DNA from: Candidatus Oxydemutatoraceae bacterium
GTDB lineage: Bacteria; Pseudomonadota; Gammaproteobacteria; Poriferisulfidales; Oxydemutatoraceae
Direction of reading: 5' to 3'
DNA: 64,000 nt
Assembly: GCA_965218975.1 (NCBI GenBank)
Contig: OZ244717.1
Location: 1,664,001 to 1,728,000 of the forward strand
Shown here: in pieces, positions 49,800-62,815 of the stretch
Numbering within the stretch: position 1 is the stretch's first letter
Layout of the letters: each line of letters opens with the position of its first letter
The notes under the pieces: model-generated
The model's input: the letters and a program-made list of their open reading frames with translations, nothing else
Told to the model about the DNA's origin: nothing
Databases searched by the model: none
Position numbers and translations under genes: made by a program

Positions 49800-51029
49800 T
49801 TAAAGTTGAATGCTGTCCGTTTTTTGTTCGGCATAAATGGTTTGCAGCAACCGTCTCCATTGGTTGTATTGTTCCGCCGCATTGCCGATTAACTCAACGC
49901 TTTCCTCCTCAAATTTTATAACTTGAGGGGTAAGTTTCAGGTCAATGGACTGACCTAATTCTATCAAAGCATCCGTATGAAATTTTGCTTCTTTACTTGT
50001 CTGGAAACTTTGTGCCAGAAGCGCCGCCCCCACCAGAACGCCACTGACGGCGCCGTATGTGGCCGGATCATTGTACCCATCGGCGCTGCCGGCGGCTACC
50101 GCCCCGGCCACAAGCGCCAAAACTCCTAGAATAGCCTGTCCTGCCGCCTTCTGTTTCGCTTCGCGTCTTGCTTTAGACTCGGTAAAAGCAGCCTTTTGCC
50201 ACTCGCTGTAAGAGGGAACAAACTTATCATCAAAAGCCAGATAATGATTCTGCATCCGATCAATAAAGAGCTGATCTTTTATCCTGATCCTCTTAATTCG
50301 CTGGAAGATCACGTCACTTTCGGCAGGCGCCGCTACCACGGAAACTTTTCTGCCCTTGAAATTTAATAAGGAGGCAAACCTTTCTGCCGAGAATGAATAA
50401 CCAAACCGCATCTCGGTCAGCAGATTCAACCTTCGCAGATATTCATCGTCATGACGACTCATCTCCAAAGCAATCTCCTCGGCGGCTTTCTCAAATGCGG
50501 GATCATACGGGTCCTTGCCTTTATTCCTGATACTGTTGAAAAAATGTTCCTTTACTTGATGCTCAAAAGTGCGATTCAGCCACTGTTTCCCATCAATGCC
50601 GATTACCTGTATATTGAACCTGACGTTCTCACCGTTCGATTCTTCAATTCTCCCTAAAATATAGACATCTCCCGTAGCCTCGCGATTCGGTGCGACCCGC
50701 ACTGCGCCGAATTGATTCGTGTCTTCCAGCGCTTCCTTCATTTTGATTGCAAAATGGTTGGCTTCGGCGCGTCTTAATTCCGGCCAGATACCTTTCTTTT
50801 CCCATGTATTCGGGTCTGCCGGTATATTCGGGTCAAATGCGGGAACAATGACTTCGATCTCTTTTTGCAGTCGTTGACGCCCGGAAGCAAGTTCTGAGTA
50901 TTCTTTCTCTGCTGCCGCCAAAATATCCGATGAACTGCCCGGTCCGACAAGAGTGCTGTTACTACCGGTAGTAGCGATGCATCCCTGCAATATGAAAGCA
51001 GTCGCAATAATGGCTATTTCTCTATTCAT
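49800..51029 (-). CDS. Lipoprotein with glycine-zipper-like hydrophobic hairpin
   Basis: Lipobox LQGC; ELRRAEA; AILGVLALVAGAVAAG...GAVSGVLVGAALL. Confidence 0.75.
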   Translation of the reverse strand: MNREIAIIATAFILQGCIATTGSNSTLVGPGSSSDILAAAEKEYSELASGRQRLQKEIEVIVPAFDPNIPADPNTWEKKGIWPELRRAEANHFAIKMKEALEDTNQFGAVRVAPNREATGDVYILGRIEESNGENVRFNIQVIGIDGKQWLNRTFEHQVKEHFFNSIRNKGKDPYDPAFEKAAEEIALEMSRHDDEYLRRLNLLTEMRFGYSFSAERFASLLNFKGRKVSVVAAPAESDVIFQRIKRIRIKDQLFIDRMQNHYLAFDDKFVPSYSEWQKAAFTESKARREAKQKAAGQAILGVLALVAGAVAAGSADGYNDPATYGAVSGVLVGAALLAQSFQTSKEAKFHTDALIELGQSIDLKLTPQVIKFEEESVELIGNAAEQYNQWRRLLQTIYAEQKTDSIQL

Positions 51030-51061
51030 CTTTTTTTACATTCTATCAACAAATATATTTA

Positions 51062-51184
51062 TGTATAGTGCCGGATACATACCGGACAAATACTTTTCAA
51101 TAAAAGGTAGCCGATGTGCTGGTATTATATGTCGGTCACCTTTTCGAGTCGTGCCGTGAGTCCCATATGTATCCGGCATATACA
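51062..51184. mobile_element. 123-bp MITE-like remnant with inverted IS481-type ends
   Basis: TGTATAGTGCCGGATACAT ... ATGTATCCGGCATATACA; interior matches the left end of 13094-14482. Confidence 0.65.
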
Positions 51185-51311
51185 CGCTCACTGAAGAGAA
51201 TAGGATATTGTGCTTTGATTTGGACAGTCATTGCATCCGGGTGCTGCGTATTACAAGCATGTTGAGCAGGTATCCGCTCTCGCTGCTGTTACTTTGGCAC
51301 CGGCGATGCAG

Positions 51312-52826
51312 TCATGGTTCGGGCCGGGGCCAAAGACCTTTTTTACCCTCTGTCAAGACAACGATCAGTGCCGACCAGCATAACCCGAGCGGCACGAACA
51401 TGTACCGTCCGATGAAACTAGAGTGCTGCAACGAGTGTTGGGGAAATATGGCGATGCGAACGAAAAATATTGTTATCGCAATCAGTATCACAACAACGAA
51501 TAGCGTTGCGGTATTTTCCTTTCGGCCGTATATCCGCCAAGCAGTGATTATCAGGACGACCAGAAGCGCCGCACCCGAACCGATCAGCAAAAGATAAAAC
51601 AGATCTTGATTGCCCATCACAGCGATTTCTAAGAAACTACCCTTTCGGGGCCGGGCCTTGAGTAAACTAGGCAAAACCGTCGCCTGCGCAGATATCCAGT
51701 CAATCGGGTCAATCGTCGGGAGGGCAAACGCGGCTTTTCCTTCGGAGGTAGTTACAGGAAGCATACGGACCGAGAGCCGGCCGGTGATATTGTACAGTTG
51801 TTCCCGGAATCCTAAGAAAGCAGCTTTTGCCAACTGGTTCGCTGCGTAAGAAACGACAAACCCTGATATAAACGACAACATGCAATAAGAGGATTTGGAA
51901 AACCAGCGCAGGAAACCCGTTGTCGGACTGCTGGCAAAATACAGGATTACCACCGACAACGGCAACAGTAGCAGGAGATGCCCGTCCAGTAAAAACACAT
52001 AAGCAGAGAACATGCCTGTCGCAAAAAAGAACCACTTCAGGGCATGGTCGGAAACCTCGAACCTCAGCAGCACGACCAGCATTGTCAAAGAAACCACTGC
52101 GAAAAGATGAGGGATTGAATGGGAAAATCCGCCGTAATACGGAATGCCCGAAAAGAAAAATCCCATGACGACAAGCGGGATCAACGCCATAAACATGCGC
52201 CGAGAATAGGCCAGGCTGACCAGGGCCAGAATGAGATAGGCAAACAGTGTCATGGTCTTGATCCCGACATTCACCTGAAAGTAATCCAATTGATCCCAAT
52301 ACAGCGCATTACCTATCAAAGCCCTGGTCCCTTGCCAATATCGGGTTTTCAGATTCCGTAACCCAAAATCCGATCCCTTGACGGCGATTTGATATAACTG
52401 TTCACAATGCTTTCTTTCATCGCAGTGCTTTTCTTCATTGCAGTACCTCTTCTGGCCCGGCCTGACCGTTGTCGGCTTCTTCGGGACAATCGCATCCGCA
52501 AGCTTGTTTGAAGCAGGCGCAATGAGGCTGGTCATCGTCCGGCAGTCCGAATATTGATTCTGACCGATCAAGCTCCGAATTGATTGACTGCCGTACTTAC
52601 GGAACGGATAATCGCTGCGACCGAGATTCTTTACCGCGAAAGCGTCTTTGACGACTGCCAGAGCGCGCTCCTGCGGCAAAAGGTTCGCCGTATAGTGAAG
52701 AAAGAAGAATATCGCCGGCAAAGTTACGGCAATTCCGGTGTATATACCAAGTTGGCGCCAGTATTTCCGTACGGAACTGCACGCAACTGCATTGCCGGTG
52801 GTGTGCCTGGGAAGATTTTTTTCCAT
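51312..52826 (-). CDS. Multi-pass membrane protein of unknown function (possibly glycan-modifying)
   Basis: About 10-11 hydrophobic segments after a periplasmic loop containing RYWQG. Confidence 0.65.
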   Translation of the reverse strand: MEKNLPRHTTGNAVACSSVRKYWRQLGIYTGIAVTLPAIFFFLHYTANLLPQERALAVVKDAFAVKNLGRSDYPFRKYGSQSIRSLIGQNQYSDCRTMTSLIAPASNKLADAIVPKKPTTVRPGQKRYCNEEKHCDERKHCEQLYQIAVKGSDFGLRNLKTRYWQGTRALIGNALYWDQLDYFQVNVGIKTMTLFAYLILALVSLAYSRRMFMALIPLVVMGFFFSGIPYYGGFSHSIPHLFAVVSLTMLVVLLRFEVSDHALKWFFFATGMFSAYVFLLDGHLLLLLPLSVVILYFASSPTTGFLRWFSKSSYCMLSFISGFVVSYAANQLAKAAFLGFREQLYNITGRLSVRMLPVTTSEGKAAFALPTIDPIDWISAQATVLPSLLKARPRKGSFLEIAVMGNQDLFYLLLIGSGAALLVVLIITAWRIYGRKENTATLFVVVILIAITIFFVRIAIFPQHSLQHSSFIGRYMFVPLGLCWSALIVVLTEGKKGLWPRPEP

Positions 52827-53256
52827 GGAGCCTTAGTTAAAAATCAGGTCGTCGGGTCTCAAGGCCTAACTGTGGTGTGCAGGCTTTGCCCCCGCTATTC
52901 TCCCGATTGAAAAGCCATCCTTATAAAGGATATTCCAACGATCCGATACATTCCAGACAAACAGAGCCGGACATCATTTAATCCCCGGCAGGAACACTCA
53001 TCATTATAGCATTGTAGGCAACTGTTCATGTACCGGTTAAATGCACCGATATCTTCAAGCAATTACGCCTCCCGGGCAGTGCAGTTAAAGCACTTGTTAT
53101 AAGCATTCGTCTTGGGACACTCGGATAGGCATGGCACCGGGGCGGATATTCTGTTGCCGGAAATATTGACAGAATGCGCCCTGAAACTCACTACCGGTTA
53201 TCATTTCGGGCCTTTAACATGGGTTGCAATTGCGACCACCGTTCCGAACAACCTTT

Positions 53257-53976
53257 CTATCTGCCCCTTATCCACAGTATACTACCGGTAGCAGAAAGGA
53301 ATAATAGCAATAAGGCAGCCATATCGGCAATGATAACCCCAGCATTGCCAAATAAGCGCCCGCTATGGAAGTCAGACAACAACCGCTCCCAGGTAATTAA
53401 GTGATTGCGAGCATGTATCAGCGTGGCTGCTTGTAATTGAGCGGGTATCTGTAAAGGTTCCCCGCTTCCCGACCAAACGATTTGCGCCCGGTCATAAGGC
53501 TGCCAATCCATTGAGTCTTCGTGCGTAGTCCAGTTATTATGCAAACCACCGATTATAATATTGCCTTCCGCATTTTTTCCTAGCCGAGTCACAATACCAG
53601 GCAACCCCGCTAAGACGGAAAATTCATCTATAACCTCTCCCTGTTTTGACAACAGCAAAAGTCTATTATCGCCCGCCACCCAGATATAAGATTTACTTTC
53701 AACTGCACCCTGTAAGCTATTTAATTCAACGTCTGCAACAGGTACGGCATCCAGATAAAGGAAACTGCCGGCTTGAGAAACCCAACGGCTCTTGGTCTTA
53801 TAGTCCGTCGTCGTATCAACCGTTACATCGTAGAACATCTCGGCGACCGATGCTGTAACGTAGTTTTTCTCTAAATTGAACCAGGAAACATGCTGTAGTA
53901 GTAATCCCGTTACTATGAACAGCAATAAAAAAATAAAGATACTGATGCCTATCTTGCGATGTAGGGCGCGTAACAC
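53257..53976 (-). CDS. PepSY-associated TM domain protein
   Basis: LHRKIGI...TGLLLQH and LSDFHSGRLFG...SATG..LW. GTG 53976 is the likely start. Confidence 0.8.
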   Translation of the reverse strand: MLRALHRKIGISIFIFLLLFIVTGLLLQHVSWFNLEKNYVTASVAEMFYDVTVDTTTDYKTKSRWVSQAGSFLYLDAVPVADVELNSLQGAVESKSYIWVAGDNRLLLLSKQGEVIDEFSVLAGLPGIVTRLGKNAEGNIIIGGLHNNWTTHEDSMDWQPYDRAQIVWSGSGEPLQIPAQLQAATLIHARNHLITWERLLSDFHSGRLFGNAGVIIADMAALLLLFLSATGSILWIRGR

Positions 53977-53980
53977 GGAT

Positions 53981-54577
53981 TTAAGTGATTGCTGTGTGCA
54001 ATAATAAAGCAAGCCTTGCCAGTTTAGTTACTGCGCGCACGGACAAAGTAGCACCGGTGATATTATTGATATTGTGATTCAGGGTGAGCAACTGTGTTAA
54101 TCTGGCGCCGGTGAATTGATTGGAGAATGAATCATATCTCACCTCCCAACCGCGACTCTCGCGAAAAATCAACACTTTCACCACTTCAAGGCTACCTGAA
54201 TTGACGACAAATCCGCTGGTGATGGGACGTTCTTTGCCGATTTCTTCCAGAACCCAAACGCTGCGGGTGTCTTTTAGCCAATACCGAATCCTGAACTTGC
54301 TGTACCTGTGTCCCAATATATCTTTAATCTTTTGCTTCAGTATTGCATCCGGGTACAGCATAGAGGGTTTCGGGGGTGTGCCGTTAAAGTGGCGACTGAC
54401 AAAAGCATCCGGTGTTTCATAGACGTTATTTTCCGAAAACACCGGACCGGCGGTCCAGAATATGAGCGCCATTACGAAAAAAGCTATAAGTCTGCCGAAC
54501 ACATTAAGCGCCCTCATAAAATAAATCGTCTGCAGCCAGAGCTGAGGCCAGCTGCATACAAACGATATAGACATCAA
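53981..54577 (-). CDS. FMN-binding (flavinylated) periplasmic protein
   Basis: IGKERPIT, FRESRGWEV, QFTG, NITGATLS flavinylation motif. Start may be ATG 54517. Confidence 0.8.
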   Translation of the reverse strand: MMSISFVCSWPQLWLQTIYFMRALNVFGRLIAFFVMALIFWTAGPVFSENNVYETPDAFVSRHFNGTPPKPSMLYPDAILKQKIKDILGHRYSKFRIRYWLKDTRSVWVLEEIGKERPITSGFVVNSGSLEVVKVLIFRESRGWEVRYDSFSNQFTGARLTQLLTLNHNINNITGATLSVRAVTKLARLALLLHTAIT

Positions 54578-54585
54578 TTCGTTGC

Positions 54586-55896
54586 TTAGAAGCTGTATCC
54601 AAAGCCCAGGTTGAAACCGTCAAAGTCTCTGGCTTTATCTCCATCTTCGTCGTGCTCACGATCAACATAATCCGCTTTAAGCACGACGTTCTCATTCATC
54701 CAATAATTAAAACCGGCCACCCACTGATCAAATCTATCCCGGGTGCGACCGCCTTCAACATCTTCGTAGCGAGTGAATATTCCAAAGTTGTCGGTAACTT
54801 TGAAAGACGGTTCAATATACCATCCGTCCTGATCATCACTGCCTGCATCCTCTATAGCCCGACCGGTTCCCAATGCATCATTTTCGGTGTCTATGTCCCA
54901 TTCGGCATAAAGCGCGCGTAGTCCGAATGGGCCGTTGCTGTATATGGCATGCAGCTCATATAAATAAGCATCGTCAAGACCATCATTGCTTTCCTGGGTG
55001 ATGTCTGACTGGTATTGTACCGAAGCGGCCAATTCAAGCCCCGGAGTCCCCGTGTATTTCAACCTTACTGTCGCGGCGAGGTCGTCGGCCTTGGCTTCGG
55101 CAGTTTTCTGCCTGCCGCTGCGGATACGAGCATCGGTCAATTGCAAAACTCCATCTGGTAGAACGAGAAAGCCTGCTGGTACTGCCAAGCCTTCATGCAA
55201 TGCAATATCAAAACTGAAGCCGTTATCGGCTATATGGGTATATCCGATGCCGGCAGCCCACCAAGTCGACGGAACGATGATATTCTCGATGTTATTGCGC
55301 TCGACACCGTAGAAAGTCGGTGGCTCATGAGTCTCGTTCAAGATACCGATCGGAAGTAAAAATAACCCGACGCGACCAAGATTATTGTCATCAAAACTAT
55401 ACTCTACAAAAGCCTGTTCCAACTCCACTTCGCCGGGTTTATCGTCACCATCACCTGCAAGCGAATGCTCCAGCTCAAACTCTGAGAAGAATTTCAGCCG
55501 ATCGGTAAATTCATACCCGAAAAACAGCACGAAACGATGAAAGTCTATTTGCTCTTTGTCATGTGCGCTAGCCTCGGCATCAAGATTGTTATAGTGCAAT
55601 TCGCCGTAACCGCCAATAGACATTCTGTCAAAAACAGATGGTTTGGATTCGTATGACTCAACTGCTTCGGCGGTAACCTCCACAGCTTGCGCGTTCTGAT
55701 CAACATCTGCACTAATTTCTTCCAGACGCCGTTGCATCATTTCAAGCTGCTGCTTGAGTTGCTCCACAGACTGTTTGAGCGCTAACACTTCATTGTGGTT
55801 AGCTGCAACAACCGGTTGCACGAACGTCATTAACATTGCTAAAGAAAAACCGGCAATCCAGGATGCGCTTAAATTTCTATAAATAAAATGGCCCAT
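54586..55896 (-). CDS. Outer-membrane porin with N-terminal coiled coil
   Basis: Signal peptide, SIGGYGELHYN, DFHRFVLFFGYEF, ELEQA, NETHEPPTFYGVER, terminal GYSF. GGAG RBS before ATG 55896. Confidence 0.85.
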   Translation of the reverse strand: MGHFIYRNLSASWIAGFSLAMLMTFVQPVVAANHNEVLALKQSVEQLKQQLEMMQRRLEEISADVDQNAQAVEVTAEAVESYESKPSVFDRMSIGGYGELHYNNLDAEASAHDKEQIDFHRFVLFFGYEFTDRLKFFSEFELEHSLAGDGDDKPGEVELEQAFVEYSFDDNNLGRVGLFLLPIGILNETHEPPTFYGVERNNIENIIVPSTWWAAGIGYTHIADNGFSFDIALHEGLAVPAGFLVLPDGVLQLTDARIRSGRQKTAEAKADDLAATVRLKYTGTPGLELAASVQYQSDITQESNDGLDDAYLYELHAIYSNGPFGLRALYAEWDIDTENDALGTGRAIEDAGSDDQDGWYIEPSFKVTDNFGIFTRYEDVEGGRTRDRFDQWVAGFNYWMNENVVLKADYVDREHDEDGDKARDFDGFNLGFGYSF

Positions 55897-55914
55897 TAAC
55901 AAACTCCAATAATT

Positions 55915-55945
55915 AAGAATAATTATTATTAGCATTAACATTATC
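55915..55945 (-). promoter_or_regulatory. Fur-box-like array
   Basis: Minus strand GATAAT GTTAAT GCTAAT AATAAT TATTCTT; one 19-mer matches GATAATGATAATCATTATC at 14/19. Confidence 0.6.
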
Positions 55946-56019
55946 ATCAAAATAATTTTTGTCAAAATTGGATATAATGCCCCTGCTGATGCCGGCGCTC
56001 CGTGGTACACTATCTCTGC

Positions 56020-56099
56020 GGCATGCAGGGCAGCCGGCAATGCCGGTAATGTCCCGAGGGGCATGCAGGGCAGCCGGCAATGCCGGTAATGTCCCGAGG
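56020..56099 (+). repeat. Perfect 40-bp tandem duplication
   Basis: GGCATGCAGGGCAGCCGGCAATGCCGGTAATGTCCCGAGG x2. Confidence 0.95.
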
Positions 56100-56118
56100 C
56101 AGAGTTGCCTTCTTAAAA

Positions 56119-57141
56119 ATGAAACAACGGATTATAAGAACTCAAACAAAATCTGCTGCGCGCTTTGTTGTTCATAAAGCGCTTGTTTTCGTAAAGAAAA
56201 CTTTAGCCCAGCTGCGAGCGATGATTATGACAAAGGCGCGACATTTGCCGCTGCACTGGCTGTTATATCTGGAGGCAAGGCTTTTCGGCAGGATTAAGCC
56301 GCGACCCTGGCATAGAAAATTAGGGGGGATACGTCAGAGAAATGAGTTTCAAGCCTATCTGCATGAGGATTCCAAAGTGATGTATCTTGTAATTCCGAAG
56401 TCGGCGTGCACGTCGCTAAGACGCAGCTTTCTGGAGAGCGAGGCAATGCGAGAACGACTTGATCGGAAAAAGAAAAATGCGCGCAGGCATAAGGACTTTT
56501 TCAGCAGCGGCGATATATTTCATTCCCTTTTGTGCGGTGAGAGCGACAAACTTGCCAAAATAAAAGCCTTATCCGATTTTAAGGGCGGCGGCACATTGTC
56601 TGTTTTCGGTTATGACGAAGCGGGAAGAACCGTTCGTAAGGCCGACATGGCAGAGTTCAACGCTTACTTCACTTTTACTTTTGTACGCAATCCTTTCGCC
56701 AGGCTTGTTTCTTGCTTTGCAGATAAATATCTCCCCTTCCATTCTGGTTCGGGCCGATATTCCTTCCAGTACCATATCTTTCCGTACATTGATAAAGTTT
56801 GTAACTTTGAGGATTTGGCGCATAAAGTGTCCCACCTGCCCGACGATTATTTGGACCGGCATTTGTTGCCGCAATTTCGCCATATAGAGAGATTCACCCG
56901 CTACGGAGGCAAGGTCAATTTTATCGGCAAGGTAAAGACCCTTGCCGAAGATTTCGCGCCGATCCAAAAAAAATACGGCCTGTTGCCGCTAGAGAAGATC
57001 AATTCTTCCGGGAAGAAAAACTGGCGAGACTATTACACGCCTGAGACGGCGAAACTGGTTTATAACACATACCGCAAAGACTTTGAATTGTTTGGCTACG
57101 AAGAAGAGTACCCGAAGCTGCTGGCTTATCTGGGGCGGTAA
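56119..57141 (+). CDS. PAPS-dependent sulfotransferase (Sulfotransfer_2 family)
   Basis: IPKSACTSL (5'PSB), FTFVRNPFARLVS (3'PB), HLLPQ, Y..DFELFGY. Start uncertain. Confidence 0.85.
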   Translation: MKQRIIRTQTKSAARFVVHKALVFVKKTLAQLRAMIMTKARHLPLHWLLYLEARLFGRIKPRPWHRKLGGIRQRNEFQAYLHEDSKVMYLVIPKSACTSLRRSFLESEAMRERLDRKKKNARRHKDFFSSGDIFHSLLCGESDKLAKIKALSDFKGGGTLSVFGYDEAGRTVRKADMAEFNAYFTFTFVRNPFARLVSCFADKYLPFHSGSGRYSFQYHIFPYIDKVCNFEDLAHKVSHLPDDYLDRHLLPQFRHIERFTRYGGKVNFIGKVKTLAEDFAPIQKKYGLLPLEKINSSGKKNWRDYYTPETAKLVYNTYRKDFELFGYEEEYPKLLAYLGR

Positions 57142-57182
57142 GATGTGCTTGTCTCCCTCATATAATAACCGCCTTCCAGGAG

Positions 57183-57620
57183 TGTGCGATGCCACCCTAA
57201 ATGGGATTCTTGAAGAGCTTCCGGAGAAGTATTCGACAGTAACATTCGGGCCGGTGCTTTCTGTCCGTTGCCGGGTGAGACGCGCCCGGGAAACCGATCG
57301 GTTTTCAGCGGCGAACGACCCGACAAGGACGTCGGGGCTGGGGTTCATTGGCAGAACCAAGTCTCGTCATGGACGCCAGGCACTGACGACGGGCACTTTG
57401 CCGCGTTGCGGCCAGATCCGCCTAGCGCTGGCGGTGCGGTGCTGTCGAGCGCGGCGCTAGCGCCGCTGCGTTATATCCGGCCTCCCTCAAGGTCTGCCGC
57501 CACCGATACAAGGTACGGCAACTGACCTTGAATGCATCGCAGGCAGCGGCCATGCCATGGTTTTCCTGGAAGGTAAAATTTCGAGTCGTTGTTTTGCATC
57601 GTAAGCCATAGTGTTTCAAC
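57183..57620 (-). mobile_element. Degenerate IS481-family remnant with module at 57273-57374
   Basis: Shared right end; HGMAAACDAFKVSCRTLYRWRQ..AALAPRSTAP. Confidence 0.75.
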
Positions 57621-57621
57621 T

Positions 57622-58031
57622 ATGCCCGATTTTAGCAATCCGGTAAAACCCCCGGATTCGATAGCCTATGTGAATGAGAGAACACAATTTGTGTGGTTCT
57701 TAGGTGGCGATAGCGAAGAAGTGAAAAGCAGGTTTGCAAATTTGAAGAAGGAAAAAGTTATAAAGAATACAACCTTTGATTTTAAAGGGAAGAAGATTTT
57801 CATATCAGGGTTTATTGCTTCCGTTGAGCATCCGAAAGATCTAACTGTTCGTGGGACCGAGGGTGAGTTCAAGACGAGTGCCAATCTTTTTTGTAACGGT
57901 CGCTTGAGACAGGACAATATTCTACAGGAGATACCCAGTAGACGGATTGTTGAATCATATCTGTATGGTGAAATTCATGTAAATGATTTTGATGCGGAGG
58001 GGGATGTGGACAGATTTACGAGATCAAGAGC
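57622..58031 (+). pseudogene. Internal fragment of a GHKL/MORC-like ATPase gene
   Basis: LFCNGRL...YLYGEIHVNDFD...TRSR resembles the middle domain of these ATPases; truncated at both sides by IS remnants. Confidence 0.45.
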
Positions 58032-58049
58032 GGATTTGCATGGCTTCTC

Positions 58050-58090
58050 TTCCGGTTGGCAGGAGTGCCATATGTTTCTGAGCTTATACA
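58050..58090 (+). mobile_element. IS481-family right-end remnant
   Basis: GAGTGCCATATGTTTCTGAGCTTATACA terminus. Confidence 0.55.
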
Positions 58091-58109
58091 CAAGTCCCTG
58101 GAACATAAA

Positions 58110-58227
58110 GCCCGGCGATGTCCTACTTTCACATGGGGAAACCCCACACTATCATCGGCGATGTACCGTTTCACTTCCGAGTTCGGAATGGGATCGGGTG
58201 GTACCAATACTCTAATGCCGCCGGGCA
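58110..58227 (-). rRNA. rrf: 5S rRNA
   Basis: Reverse complement contains CCGATCCCATTCCGAACTCGGAAGTGAAAC and a terminal GCCCGGCG/CGCCGGGC stem. Confidence 0.95.
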
Positions 58228-58492
58228 AACTAGTTGTGTAACTATATACGTTATTTAAGTATCTTTAAGTAAAGCACCAATCTATAATATCAAGCACTCA
58301 TCCGACAATGGCCATGCCGACAAAAATCAAACCGGACAACCCAGCGGATGTCATTATCACTAATCATCCGCTCCATCGCCATACCTAAACAACATCAATG
58401 AGCATAGACAAGCAAATCAGCTTGTCTTGCTATAACAATCCATCGAAAAAACAATGCAATAATTTTTAAGTTCAAATTACTTGAGCGTTATA

Positions 58493-61378
<2,886 letters not shown>

Positions 61379-61630
61379 ATATAACCTCAAGCAATCTGAT
61401 TACTTAGTATTGGTTTTGAATAAAAATTACGCCTTATTGCTCTTTCGATACAATTGTTAATACCTAATTTTCAAATAACATCTGTACCGTAGAGATACAG
61501 AAAAAACTATATGGTTATAAAAATTCAAACTATTGCCATCTTACCACTTTACCGATTAATTTACTCGTCAACAACTTTCCTTACCGTATGTGTCCGTACA
61601 ATTCATTACCAAACTTAATTCATACAACTA

Positions 61631-61707
<77 letters not shown>

Positions 61708-61841
61708 TTGATTAGCATGAGCAAAACAAACCTCCTGATTACATATAACACCGTTATACTCCAATGACACTGTAACCCATGCTATTTCTATACAGCATAA
61801 TAACACAATCTGGTATTATGTAACAATTTCGTTATACTGTC

Positions 61842-62626
61842 TGTTCGATGCCACCCTAAATGGGATTTTTGAAGGGCTTCGGGAGAAGCGTTCGGCAGTA
61901 ACATTCGGGTCGGTGCTTTCTGTCTGTTGTCGGCATGAGGGCGGTGCAGAGTGAAACGCGCCGCTGAAAACCGACCGGTTTTCAGCGGCGAACGACCCGA
62001 CAAGGATGTCGGGGCTGGGGTTTATTCGCAGAACCAAGTCTCGTCATGGGTGAGCCGCGCCCGAAAAACTGAACAGTTTTCAGCGGCGAACGACCCGACA
62101 AGGATGTCGGGGCTGGGGCTTATTGACAGCACGAAGTCGCGTCATGGACGACAAGTACTTTGCTGACAAACTTGCACCAAGCACTGTGTTGATAATCTGC
62201 TACTAAACACAAAACGGTTTCATCAGCTCAAAGATTTTACTGCTGCCGAGATTCGCCAAAGCTGTCAAAATTCTGCCCGGCGTAGGCGTTTGATTTCACG
62301 CTGAATCGCCTGCGGCCAGACCCGCCGACGCCTCTTGCGCGGCGCTTTGCCGCGGTCATGCAAGGCGCTGAGTCCAGTGCGGCGATAACGCTGGCGCCAG
62401 CGGTACAAAGTGCTGCAACCGACCTTGAATGCGTTCGGGAGTTACAACCTCCCAAAATAACCGGGCATCGTGTTTCTGTTGAGCCGTTGTGTTCATGAAC
62501 CTCTATTTTTGAAGCAAAATATGGCTCATATAGAAACCTTTGATGCGGTGGCCGATGTGCTGATATTGCATATCGGCCACCTTTGCGAGTCGTACCGTGA
62601 GTCCCATATGTATCTGAGCTTATGTA
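61842..62626 (-). mobile_element. Degenerate IS481-family element with two modules (~61951-62049, ~62048-62149)
   Basis: Both ends homologous to 13094-14482; frameshifted transposase fragments. Confidence 0.8.
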
Positions 62627-62815
62627 GGTAATGAGCACGGCGTTGCGGGGGCGCTATTGCGAGTGAACTTCTAGCTATGAGCGGGGAATGTGAAATGAAG
62701 GCAGTAGGCGCAACTTGAAGGGAATATGCATGTAGTTAGTGGTCTAGGATTAAACGGATAGCTATATCTGCATTTAATTCAGTTAACAAACATCGGCATA
62801 ACTTCTTGCTTTTCT

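Noticed and set aside
55897-56064. Long N-terminal extensions in the ORF track (porin; likewise rmuC 28371, ihfB 16266, exbB-like 46274)
   Set aside because: Downstream ATGs fit RBS, signal peptide and family starts better; the extensions cover promoter DNA or neighbouring genes.
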